Positions 39,701-48,382 of a stretch of DNA of 64,000 nucleotides are shown piece by piece; within the stretch, counting starts at the first letter, position 1; every line of letters starts with the position of its first letter. Both the position numbers and the translations under genes were made by a program. The notes below the pieces were generated by a model. It had not been told where the DNA came from and searched no databases. It was given only the letters and a program-made list of their open reading frames with translations. Origin of the DNA: Prevotellaceae bacterium (lineage in GTDB: Bacteria; Bacteroidota; Bacteroidia; Bacteroidales; Paludibacteraceae); the NCBI GenBank assembly GCA_020636675.1, contig JACJXK010000010.1, positions 8,583 to 72,582 on the forward strand, in the 5' to 3' direction.

Positions 39701-42700
39701 CGGTAGACAAAACGGTATATGTGGATTGTCCTCAGACATTCAAGGTCGTAGATAAGGAGGCTCCGGACTTCGACTGCGAATCGTTGCAGGATATCCGTGT
39801 CATGGCAAACAGTTATCGTCTATGGCATAGGGACAATGGAGGATATTGGTCTACGGAGTATGATGACTTCGCTTCCGGATCCGGATCAAGCTCGGAATCG
39901 GATTATGTCTTCTCCCTGAAGCCATATTTTGATGACAAGACACTTCAGATGCATGGGGATGTGACCGACAATTGTGGCGGTGGTGTAAAGGTGAAGATAG
40001 AGATAGATAATGTGGACGGAGAGAAAACCGTTATCGCATCTCTCTCTGCTTTCCAAAAATATGAGTTCCAAATCGGAGCTTCCACTGTTTACTATACCTT
40101 CTCTGACGATGCCGATCCTGCCAACTCGAAGACTTGTGAACAGACGGTTGTTGTCTCTTCCCAAGATGCTCCGATTCCTGATTGTGGCGCATTGCACGAT
40201 ACCGTGCTTTATGCCAATGCAGACTGCGAGGCAACCATGCCGATAGCTTTGTCGCAGATTCCGACGGCTACCATCAAATACAATAAGGAGGTGAAATACG
40301 TAAATGATGAGACATCTGGTTGTAATGCCATCTATGATTATGATCGGTTGAGTTATCGTAAATCTCTTACCGGAGAACGAACAATGCTTGGTTATCCTTA
40401 TGCTGTAAAATTAATAAGAGAAGATGGAACATCTGATCTGTGCGAAAATATATATACAGATGCAGATACGGTACAAAGCAAGTTGGTTCAACACCGAAAG
40501 TACTGGCCGATAGAAACAATTTGTAAAACAGATGTTGTAAGCACATTGAAGATAAAACGGACGAATTTTGCCTCCGTACCGACATGCGCCACTGCTCCGT
40601 TCCATTTGGGAACCAATAAGTTGGTTTGGTATTTCGAAAATGCGGATGGATTGAATGATAGTTGTACCACCGTCATTGTGGTGAAAGACACGACAGCTCC
40701 GTCTGTTATCTGTGGCGATTGGGAAAAGAACGGTACTTTCTATGCGGACGAAGAGTGTAAGGTGCCGGCTTCTGAGGTGGCTCTGAAAAAGCCAACAGCA
40801 ACAGATCTTCATGCAACGGACAACTGTACGGTATCTTCAGACTTTGATATATCTTGGAATAGGACGTTTAATGGCACTACTACAACAGATTTGTCCGCAC
40901 CGTTTGAGGTTGGAATGACAACCATAAAATGGATTGTCAAAGATGAATCGGGCAACGCCTCGTTCTGCTACCAAGAGATTGAGGTGTTAGATACTATTGG
41001 TCCTAAGTTTGATTGTAGCACATTAGTAGACTTGAAGGTTTCTGCCGATGGTGATTGTGAGGCGAAATCCTCTGCGGTTATTGCTGCCGGACTGGTTACT
41101 CCGGAGACGGCGGCCGACGATGCTTGTTCGCCTACCGGCGCAACAATAAAAGGCGTTGGAGAACGTAGTGACGGAAAAGATATATTTACCGATCCATATC
41201 CAAAGGGAACGACCACAATCACATGGACATTCACAGATGGAGTCGGCAATAAAACGGTTTGTAAACAAAATGTCATAGTGACCGATGATACGGATCCTCT
41301 CTTTGTTGATTGTGATGCAATGACGGATGTTGTGGTAAAACTAAATCCGGAGGAGTGCTCTGCTTCGCTCGACAAGGTGAAGGCGTCTCTTGGTTCTCAT
41401 ACGGCAGAGGATAACTGTACGGGAACGATTGATGGTGTCCCTATGTTGTTACTGCCGGACGGATCGTTGACGGCATTGCCTTCTGCATTTAAGAAAGATA
41501 CGACATTTGTTATCGTTTGGGTGTTTGAAGATGAGAGTGGCAATAAGACGGAGTGTAGCCAAAAATTGGTGATTAAGGATGTTACTCCTCCAGATCCGTC
41601 CGGTTCTTGCCCGGATCCGACGAAGACGGTGACTGCGACCGTTGAATGTAGTGTAAGTTACAGCGACTTAGGTCTTTCCCCAATCACCATAGATGATCCT
41701 TGCGACGGACCTCTTGTTTCTGAAATGGTCGGAAAGATTAAGCAACATGACGGTTCCGTCATCACTTATAGAGGGGAAGCAGAATTGAATGCCGCCACTT
41801 ATCCTGTTGGAACACATACATTCTATTGGATATTCACAGACAAAGCCGGACTAAAAGATACTTGCGAGATGCGGCTGACGGTGACAGATGGCATCCTTCC
41901 TGTTGTGGAAGACTGTGACGTCGCTAAGGATATTACAGTGACAGTTTCCGATGATGAGTGTGCCATCCATCCGGAAGATCTGAAAGGTTTGATAGTTCAT
42001 CCAAAAGCATACGACGAATGTGATGATGAAGCCGCCGGAATAGGAAAGGTTTTCTTGGATCCTATCATTGAACGTTGGTTTGATGGCTATCGTCTGGACG
42101 ATGCCGAAGGTAAACCGATAGATTGGGATTCTCAGGATTTTCCAAAGGGGACTACTACTATAAAATGGATATTTAAAGATAAGGCCGGCAATGAGGTCAC
42201 TTGTGAAAAACGTGTGACGGTAGAGGATCATACGGCTCCTTATTTCGATTGCTCGACACTTGATCCGGATACGCTTCGTCCTGTTGCGTTGGCCGGCCGT
42301 TGTGACGTGCAGTTCAATGAAATCACTTTCAATGACTATTATGCCGAGGATAAGTGTACGACAGACTCGATAAAAGGTGTCTTGACACTGAATGGATCGA
42401 CGTTCTTGCCTACTGATTACACAATGGAGGTTGGCAAAATTTACACATTGCAGTGGGTCTTTGTGGATGAGGACGGAAACAAGAAAACTTGTCCGCAATG
42501 GATAGTGCCAAGCCATAGCATGCCGATCAACTTTGACTGCTCTACATTGCAGACGGTTGAAAAATTGGCAACGGAAGGCGAATGCACCATCTCTTCTACA
42601 GACTTGGCATTGCCTGTCCCTGAAACAAGGGATACTTGTACGAAAGAGCAGATTGTGGCAACGGGTTCTCGTAGCGACGGACTGGCAATGACGGCCGACT

Positions 42701-45700
42701 ACCCGACGGGAACGACCATTGTGACGTGGACTTTTGTGAGTCCATACAATCTGGATTCTGTCAAGACTTGCGATCAGACAGTTTCTGTTTTAGGCAACAA
42801 GAAGTTTGACATAGATTGTGAGACTTTGATCTCCGTGGCCCGCGATACAATTAGCGGTTGTGGCACTAGCGATATTGGTGCTGATATTGAGGCTCCGGTA
42901 GTGGACGACCCTTGTGCCAATCCTGATTCCTCTTATTTCAAGAGAGTTGGTGTGGGTACACGTAGTGATGCGTTGGCATTGACAGATCCTTATCCGTTGG
43001 GTGTTACAACTATCAAATGGATATTTACGGACTTCACCGGCTCGGTAAAGGACTCTTGTAACCAAGATGTGGTTGTGAAGACGGATCTTGAAGTTGACTT
43101 TGATTGTGATTCGCTTACAAAAGATACTATCAAGGTGGCTGTGAAACCTGGCGAATGTACGGTTTCTTCTGATAAGTTGAACTTGCATTTCCCTAAGGCG
43201 GCCAATCCTTGTACCGGTGATTCTATAGAAGGTGTCCCTTCCCGTCAGGGAGGATTGTCAATGTCCGATCCTTATCATACGGGTATGACGAAGATCACGT
43301 GGACATTCACGGACACAACGGGTATTTTGGCAAAACCAGTTTCTACTTGTTTCCAATGGGTGCAGGTGGGTGATGTTAATAAAGTGCCGGTAGATTGTGA
43401 TAATATGCCGGATACGTTGATAAAACTGCCGGAGAATGATTGTGAGATATTGTTCAAGGAGTTGAACTTTAATATACCTCCGGTTTATGACTTGTGTACG
43501 GGAGTTCATATCGACTCCGTTGTAACCCGTACTTCGGGTGCGGCGTTGGATGATCCGTTTAAGGTGGGCAGGGATACCATCTATTGGGATTATTCGTTCG
43601 AAGGTCAAGATTTCAGATGTACGCAGATTATTGCGGTGAAAGATAGCATGGCTCCTGAATTCGATTGTTCTACGTTGGATACAATCCGCTTGGCTTCGGT
43701 TCCCGGTAAGTGCTATACCGATTTGGACAGTGTCTTGGCAGAGTTTCCTAATCCACTGCCAACGGCAACGGAGGTCTGTACGGGACAGAAGATCGAAGGT
43801 AAATATGCTCAGGCTGATGGTTCTCCATTGCCTTCTAAAATAGCTGTGGGTGATACGCTCTTTGTCTATTGGACATTTATGGATACGGCGATCAATCTTG
43901 TTCCGAAGATTTGTGAACAACCGGTGATTGTGATTGGAGACTTGGAGCCGGAGGTTAATTGTGACGAGATAATGCCTATCAATATTTATATAGAGAGTGG
44001 ATGTGATACCACACTGAAGCCAATAGATATTGTCACTCCGTTCGCATTGGACGCTTGTACAAAGGATACGGTTTATGGCGTGGCTACCCGTTCGGATGGG
44101 AATGAATTGTTCTCCAAATATCCGGTAGGCGCTACGACGATAACATGGAAGTTCATAAGTCCATACTCTACGGCTGTCGCCTCTTGCGAACAAGAGGTCC
44201 ATGTCTATACGGAGAGCCAGCTGATATTTGATTGTGAGACATACTCCAATGATACGGTCAAGGTGAAAGTTCCGGAAGGGGAGTGCTTTGTGGATGTGAC
44301 ATTGGAAACTCCATTTGCGTTGAATCCTTGTCCTGACAACACGGATCAAGATACTATTTGGGGTGAGCCTAAGCGTAATGATAATAAACTTATCTCCGAT
44401 CCATTCCCTACCGGAATAACAAAGGTGGAATGGACGTTCACCGACCATTCCGGTACGTTGCGTGATAGTATAATCATGTGTACTAAGGTTGTTCAAGTAG
44501 GTGACGTGAATGAAATTCCGGTGAAGTGCGAAAATATTCCGGATACGGTGTTCGTGCTAGAACCGAATGATTGTGACATCAACTGGAGCGAGATGAACTT
44601 CAATGTCCCTGATGTGAAGGATTTGTGTACAGGAGCGTTGGTTACGCCAACTTTTGATCGTACATCTGGCATCGATATGTCGCTTCCTTTCAAGGTGGGT
44701 GTGGATACGGTAAAATGGCATTATGACTTCTCGGGACAGACATATACCTGCTCGCAGGTGATAAAGGTGAAGGATAGCATGGAGCCAGAATTTGATTGTT
44801 CTACGTTGGATACGATAAGGATGAAGTCTTTGGCGGGTGAGTGTTATACTACACTGGATAGTCTGAAACTTGCGTTGGGTAATCCGGAGGCGTTGGATAA
44901 ATGTAGTGATAAGAAGATTCCGGGAGTGCCGACCATGATGGACGGATCGGCTTTGCCTTCGCAGATAGCAGTGGGCGATACGTTGATCGTGAAGTGGACC
45001 TTCTTTGATGATACAATAAATACTGTCGCTAAGGTTTGCGAACAGGCTGTTCTCGTAATTGGTGACGGAGAACCGAAATTCGAATGTTCTTCTTTGAAGG
45101 ATACGGTCCTCTATTTGCAGTTGGTTGATGAGTGCGAACTGCCAGCAGGTAGGTTGACGCTGAATGTTCCGGTAGCAAAAGACTCCTGCACGGATGCGGA
45201 TGTTCCGGGTGTGGCCACCCGTTTGGATGGCGCCAATCTGACCGACGTTTACCCTAAGGGTACTACGGAGGTAAGTTGGACATTTATCAGTCCATATAGC
45301 ACTGCAACCAGAACATGTTCTCAAAATGTGATTGTAAAAGATACGTTCCCTCCTGTGCTCTCTTGTGAGACACTGAAGGATACCATAAAGGTGAGGATTA
45401 CCACCTCCTCTGCTTCCGACAATTCGGTGACTTCTGCTGAGGCGGAGGCTGCAGGTCTGGTTGCTCCTTCGGTGACCGACCCTTGTGACGGAAACATCAC
45501 GGCGGTTGGTTCTCGTGACGATGGTAAAACCATGCAGGATGTTTATCCATTAGGCTCTACCAATATAGTGTGGACCTATACGGACAAATCCGGCAATTCG
45601 GATACTTGCCGTCAGGTGGTTCTGGTGGAAGACTGGATTTTGGATACGTTGTATTGTCCTCAGGATTTGGAAGGAAAGACATTCTCTTGTGTGACCGGAG

Positions 45701-47778
45701 TTCCTGATCCTTACGCTACATTTGAAGAGTTCAAGTTGGCGGGAGGTTCCTTCTCCAATGAGGGAAAGATAAAGGAAGGCTCGTTCACCTACACGGATAA
45801 GATGGATGGAGACTCTTGCTTGATGACCTTTATCCGTACTTATAAGGTGACGGATGTCAGAAATAATGAGATTGCTTGTTCTCAGACGGTCTCTGTTAAG
45901 GATGACGTTGCTCCTGTCTTTGACCAAGAGTTGTCGGACATTAAGATCTCTTGTACGGATGAGATTCCTGCTGTTCCTGTGGTCACGGTTACAGACAACT
46001 GCGATCCGAACCCGACATTGAGTTATTACACAACAGACGACAGGTCGGACAATCCTTCTGATTGTTCTTACTATACGTATGATATCAGACATATATGGAA
46101 GGCAATTGATCGATGTGGAAATGAAGAAACTAAGATTCAAGTTGTTCATGTGGTGGACGATCAGAATCCGGTTATCGATTTCCCGAAGGATTGGAAGGAT
46201 ACGGTACTTTCCATTTACCGAAAGGGATGTGTGTTTGAGGTTCCTGATTTCACGGATACCGTTCGTACTTTTGTCTCTGACAATTGTACGGATATATCTA
46301 ACATTAAGGTTTGGCAGCATCCTTCAGCTGGCGACACTCTCCTGAGTTCTGTGCGGGTTTGGGTGTACATCAGCGATATGTGCGGCAATATGGATAGCTT
46401 GTCACGTTATGTGCTTGTCCCTGCTGCGGGTAGTGTGGTCTCCTTGGTGGCTCATGATACTACGCTTTGCGGATCTGACGCTTCTGTTATCAACTTGTGG
46501 AGTCAGCAGATCCGTTATGCGGAGGGTACGATTACGGTGAAGGATTGGGACGAAAGTCTTATTGACATCGCAAGCTCATTCGTGTATGATTGTTATAGGG
46601 ATACGTTGGCTGAGTCCAATCTGGTTTATAGCGATAACCCTAATACTTATTATTCGAAGTTCTATGGTTCGAATAAGGTGGAGAGGGATTCGATAAGAAA
46701 TTCGAGAATCAAGATAAAAAAGATGTTGCAAAGCGGACGATACTACTTTGTCGCAATGGATACGATGACCTTGTGCTCTGATACGGCTTCGGCCTATCTC
46801 ACAATACATGAACGTCCTCGTATCTCGATGAGGTCTGAGTTGCAGAAGATATGTGAGCTGAACGGTGTGGATACGGATGAGTTACACGAATATGTGAATT
46901 GTGTGAATAATATGGGCGCAGAGATTACAGATCAAGGTTGGTTGTTGGGCGACTCTATATATAACAGCAATGATACGATTTATTACGAGGATGACAAGAA
47001 GTCGTTTGTCTATTTCGCCGAGAATGAGTGCGGACGTAGTACGAGTCTTGATACGTACAAAGACTTCTGTAATAATCCTCCAAGAACATACAAGGATAGT
47101 CTTGCTGCGGTAGGTGGAAGTGCCGACTTGTACAATCTGTTAAAGACGGACGACCTCAAAACAAGGGATTCTTTGTTTGCCGAGGTTCACAGACGTTATA
47201 GTCCGGATTCTCTATTCTTATTGCCGACGCCTAATGATCCTGCCCGCATCTGGCTGGGAGATGAGGTTACTCTGACTGTGGTCACGAATTATGTTTATGA
47301 TGAGGTCTCTTGGTTTGAGGTAATGGGCAACTACGACCGTAGGTTTACGACAGGATTCGAACATGATGAATTTGTCTTCTCTGATCCTTCTGACCAAGAA
47401 GACGATAAGTTGTATTCGAGTGAGTATGGCGATATGAACTATATCACCCAAACTCCTAGAGACACGGTTAGATATTATGTCACTATTACAGACAAGGTCT
47501 GCCCTTCTGTGGCAAGTAATGTGGTGAGTGTTGATGTTCTGAGCAAGGTGCCTACGGCAATCACTCCTTATGATAGGGATGGATTGAACGACGTCTTTAT
47601 GAAGGGGCATTCGGTCATGGTATTTAATCGCTACGGACAGAAGTTGTTCGAAGGAGTGGATGGATGGGATGGTACTTATAGAGGTCAATTGGTTGATCCT
47701 GGTGTCTATTTCCATCAAGTTGTAATGCGTGACGGAACGGTGATTAAGGGTACTATAGAAGTAGTGAAAGTGAAATAA
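36796..47778 (+). CDS. Giant (about 3,660 aa) secreted HYR/Ig-like repeat protein with T9SS type-B C-terminal sorting domain (putative adhesin)
   Basis: Single uninterrupted 11-kb ORF. ATG 36796 gives the signal peptide MKITTTLWKRGVLSFLALLAGVAMLEAQ. There are at least 24 tandem 90-100-aa modules with the recurring pattern P.A.DNC...G.RSDG...YP.GTT.I.W.F.D..GN...C.Q.V.V.D..P.F.C. The last 80 aa or so (ITPYDRDGLNDVF...VFNRYGQKLFE...WDGTYRG...GVYFHQV...GTIEVVKVK) resemble the gliding-motility/T9SS type-B CTD. Confidence 0.9.
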   Translation: MKITTTLWKRGVLSFLALLAGVAMLEAQTISADETSACENDPVVLKAEGFASSVKAIDWLRSTDGTNWTTVRSTSGNVGTFVDDMPGMAVRYKAKDQNSATITNTVTVTLSTNCAAICHTTSTGDYFSGTDFDPESGVTTPTPAIPSEVVNYFEENDITLISQNSTYEVTTDLSSQFGSYVPSLDEGGNSNYYYMYTNPPSSSQPFEYRFKCSTYVGKHYRYTMRFYLLKKSDNCGGSAKIKLETGHGNQTTDRATLDIYDDAADVKMKSLDITETFGSTDLNIGGSDYANKLLRVEITYYGYFPDDKYDPNSGTYNGLQYFTLKPLFQQFDGCFALAIDYISAEIESVCMNRGAVCVGESAVVNAAGFPKNAKYTWEVENGGVWEPVVIGGITMDRTDLQSVNIPVTTVGKKIYRVRDANSTVSIEFTVTGKDCDPVQPTDILGPESSCAPVNNLKFSVSPVDANSLVRYSWEMITPSGNVLTNNVSFTGGSLNPAGRGDTIYVTLNGQAEEGEYTLKVQPIIKRNGVDELVGAPITRTFRLHQTPSVSLKLSGYADGVSEGDKKLCPSDKNQRIVAVADVMPPSYSDYIYTWEHATAIANTDSAVVNLPTASSCDGSMKSLAIGVTVSIKDIGCPATKSNTYTLEDVVAPTVDCGSLTSAQLNYVLGATQKEVTVDLPIPNFGAGCDSNPSLDIDVLFSGKDGTSFVKNFHIEKKNLATADKKVTLPAGTAAVTYTVTDGCGKTASCTATITVVDNTAPKIDCDKIKSYTAHLSKQEACVAVPGYAPTELPMLTAPVLTDMNGVDGNITGIYMGRRENCVSEPAASPSLFTESIGLNASYKLGTSYILWAFTDKSGNTSYCLSSVSVIDDKEPTLNCPADADLGDIAANVGTCSLSLDSLLVKMPQGQKPSATDNCSSSSSITAKMYYRKVGDATWIEIVDPTALLFDKGVQYELDWRFYKKTTSASVDKTVYVDCPQTFKVVDKEAPDFDCESLQDIRVMANSYRLWHRDNGGYWSTEYDDFASGSGSSSESDYVFSLKPYFDDKTLQMHGDVTDNCGGGVKVKIEIDNVDGEKTVIASLSAFQKYEFQIGASTVYYTFSDDADPANSKTCEQTVVVSSQDAPIPDCGALHDTVLYANADCEATMPIALSQIPTATIKYNKEVKYVNDETSGCNAIYDYDRLSYRKSLTGERTMLGYPYAVKLIREDGTSDLCENIYTDADTVQSKLVQHRKYWPIETICKTDVVSTLKIKRTNFASVPTCATAPFHLGTNKLVWYFENADGLNDSCTTVIVVKDTTAPSVICGDWEKNGTFYADEECKVPASEVALKKPTATDLHATDNCTVSSDFDISWNRTFNGTTTTDLSAPFEVGMTTIKWIVKDESGNASFCYQEIEVLDTIGPKFDCSTLVDLKVSADGDCEAKSSAVIAAGLVTPETAADDACSPTGATIKGVGERSDGKDIFTDPYPKGTTTITWTFTDGVGNKTVCKQNVIVTDDTDPLFVDCDAMTDVVVKLNPEECSASLDKVKASLGSHTAEDNCTGTIDGVPMLLLPDGSLTALPSAFKKDTTFVIVWVFEDESGNKTECSQKLVIKDVTPPDPSGSCPDPTKTVTATVECSVSYSDLGLSPITIDDPCDGPLVSEMVGKIKQHDGSVITYRGEAELNAATYPVGTHTFYWIFTDKAGLKDTCEMRLTVTDGILPVVEDCDVAKDITVTVSDDECAIHPEDLKGLIVHPKAYDECDDEAAGIGKVFLDPIIERWFDGYRLDDAEGKPIDWDSQDFPKGTTTIKWIFKDKAGNEVTCEKRVTVEDHTAPYFDCSTLDPDTLRPVALAGRCDVQFNEITFNDYYAEDKCTTDSIKGVLTLNGSTFLPTDYTMEVGKIYTLQWVFVDEDGNKKTCPQWIVPSHSMPINFDCSTLQTVEKLATEGECTISSTDLALPVPETRDTCTKEQIVATGSRSDGLAMTADYPTGTTIVTWTFVSPYNLDSVKTCDQTVSVLGNKKFDIDCETLISVARDTISGCGTSDIGADIEAPVVDDPCANPDSSYFKRVGVGTRSDALALTDPYPLGVTTIKWIFTDFTGSVKDSCNQDVVVKTDLEVDFDCDSLTKDTIKVAVKPGECTVSSDKLNLHFPKAANPCTGDSIEGVPSRQGGLSMSDPYHTGMTKITWTFTDTTGILAKPVSTCFQWVQVGDVNKVPVDCDNMPDTLIKLPENDCEILFKELNFNIPPVYDLCTGVHIDSVVTRTSGAALDDPFKVGRDTIYWDYSFEGQDFRCTQIIAVKDSMAPEFDCSTLDTIRLASVPGKCYTDLDSVLAEFPNPLPTATEVCTGQKIEGKYAQADGSPLPSKIAVGDTLFVYWTFMDTAINLVPKICEQPVIVIGDLEPEVNCDEIMPINIYIESGCDTTLKPIDIVTPFALDACTKDTVYGVATRSDGNELFSKYPVGATTITWKFISPYSTAVASCEQEVHVYTESQLIFDCETYSNDTVKVKVPEGECFVDVTLETPFALNPCPDNTDQDTIWGEPKRNDNKLISDPFPTGITKVEWTFTDHSGTLRDSIIMCTKVVQVGDVNEIPVKCENIPDTVFVLEPNDCDINWSEMNFNVPDVKDLCTGALVTPTFDRTSGIDMSLPFKVGVDTVKWHYDFSGQTYTCSQVIKVKDSMEPEFDCSTLDTIRMKSLAGECYTTLDSLKLALGNPEALDKCSDKKIPGVPTMMDGSALPSQIAVGDTLIVKWTFFDDTINTVAKVCEQAVLVIGDGEPKFECSSLKDTVLYLQLVDECELPAGRLTLNVPVAKDSCTDADVPGVATRLDGANLTDVYPKGTTEVSWTFISPYSTATRTCSQNVIVKDTFPPVLSCETLKDTIKVRITTSSASDNSVTSAEAEAAGLVAPSVTDPCDGNITAVGSRDDGKTMQDVYPLGSTNIVWTYTDKSGNSDTCRQVVLVEDWILDTLYCPQDLEGKTFSCVTGVPDPYATFEEFKLAGGSFSNEGKIKEGSFTYTDKMDGDSCLMTFIRTYKVTDVRNNEIACSQTVSVKDDVAPVFDQELSDIKISCTDEIPAVPVVTVTDNCDPNPTLSYYTTDDRSDNPSDCSYYTYDIRHIWKAIDRCGNEETKIQVVHVVDDQNPVIDFPKDWKDTVLSIYRKGCVFEVPDFTDTVRTFVSDNCTDISNIKVWQHPSAGDTLLSSVRVWVYISDMCGNMDSLSRYVLVPAAGSVVSLVAHDTTLCGSDASVINLWSQQIRYAEGTITVKDWDESLIDIASSFVYDCYRDTLAESNLVYSDNPNTYYSKFYGSNKVERDSIRNSRIKIKKMLQSGRYYFVAMDTMTLCSDTASAYLTIHERPRISMRSELQKICELNGVDTDELHEYVNCVNNMGAEITDQGWLLGDSIYNSNDTIYYEDDKKSFVYFAENECGRSTSLDTYKDFCNNPPRTYKDSLAAVGGSADLYNLLKTDDLKTRDSLFAEVHRRYSPDSLFLLPTPNDPARIWLGDEVTLTVVTNYVYDEVSWFEVMGNYDRRFTTGFEHDEFVFSDPSDQEDDKLYSSEYGDMNYITQTPRDTVRYYVTITDKVCPSVASNVVSVDVLSKVPTAITPYDRDGLNDVFMKGHSVMVFNRYGQKLFEGVDGWDGTYRGQLVDPGVYFHQVVMRDGTVIKGTIEVVKVK

Positions 47779-47799
47779 TTTCTTGAGATTATAGGTGAG

Positions 47800-47832
47800 G
47801 AGGGTTCCATGGGTGCCATGGGACCCTCTTTT
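47800..47832 (+). terminator. Rho-independent terminator of the giant gene
   Basis: A 13-bp stem, gagggttccatgg pairing with ccatgggaccctc (one G-U), has a 3-nt loop and is followed by TTTT. Confidence 0.7.
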
Positions 47833-47878
47833 GGTATGTGGGCTGTCCGAACCTTTGCGGCGTTGGATTTGTTGTTTG

Positions 47879-47913
47879 CTTAGTAATGATAAAAAAATAA
47901 CTTCCGCAACTTT
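47879..47913 (+). repeat. 35-bp segment duplicating the right-flank sequence of repeat copies B and C
   Basis: cttagtaatgataaaaaaataacttccgcaacttt matches cttagtaatggttaaggaataacttccgcaacttt (48366-48400) at 31 of 35 positions by eye. Copy B is therefore bracketed by imperfect direct repeats. Confidence 0.6.
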
Positions 47914-48369
47914 AAGTGATTATGAAAAAACAACTTGCTAAAGTTCAAAACATCTTGAAAGTATGCTTTCCAGGCATTGCATTGATAGCAAGCATTTCGT
48001 AGATTTTCGAACATGATTTCTAAAACGTCTCTTTTTCAACAGGCGTACACTCGCCTTTGGCCGCGGAGGAGGGGAGTGCGTGCCGCAGCGTGAAAAAACC
48101 TTTTTGCCCGAGGTACGAGGGAATAAAAAAGGTTTTAGCGGAGGGACGTGCCGTACCTCCCGGAAAGCGGGCAACAGCGCAGGCACTTTTGCTTACTTTT
48201 CTTGCCGGAGAAAAGTAAGTGCCCGTCCGGCAGGAGGACGGAAATAATTGTCGTGTATGGTGCATTCCTCCGGAATGCGGTTGCCGATGCCTATTTCCCC
48301 CTCTACAAAGAGATAATGCCTATGGCATTTTGTCAAAATCGCCATAAGTTGTTTTTTACCGATTACTTA
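47913..48369 (+). repeat. Copy B (full length, 457 bp) of the structured GC-rich repeat; MITE-like imperfect terminal inverted repeats
   Basis: The left end taagtgattatgaaaaaacaacttg matches the reverse complement of the right end taagtaatcggtaaaaaacaactta at 19 of 25 positions. The GC-rich core has several hairpins (48095-48136, 48140-48160, 48192-48219, 48262-48278). It differs from copy C at only a few percent of positions by eye. Confidence 0.8.
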
Positions 48370-48382
48370 GTAATGGTTAAGG

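Noticed and set aside
41851-46320. Several long minus-strand ORFs (221, 412, 255 and 256 aa) inside the giant gene
   Set aside because: All are antisense to a single continuous plus-strand ORF with clear modular protein signatures. Their translations are Arg/Ile/His-rich and low in information, so they are shadow ORFs of a repetitive gene.
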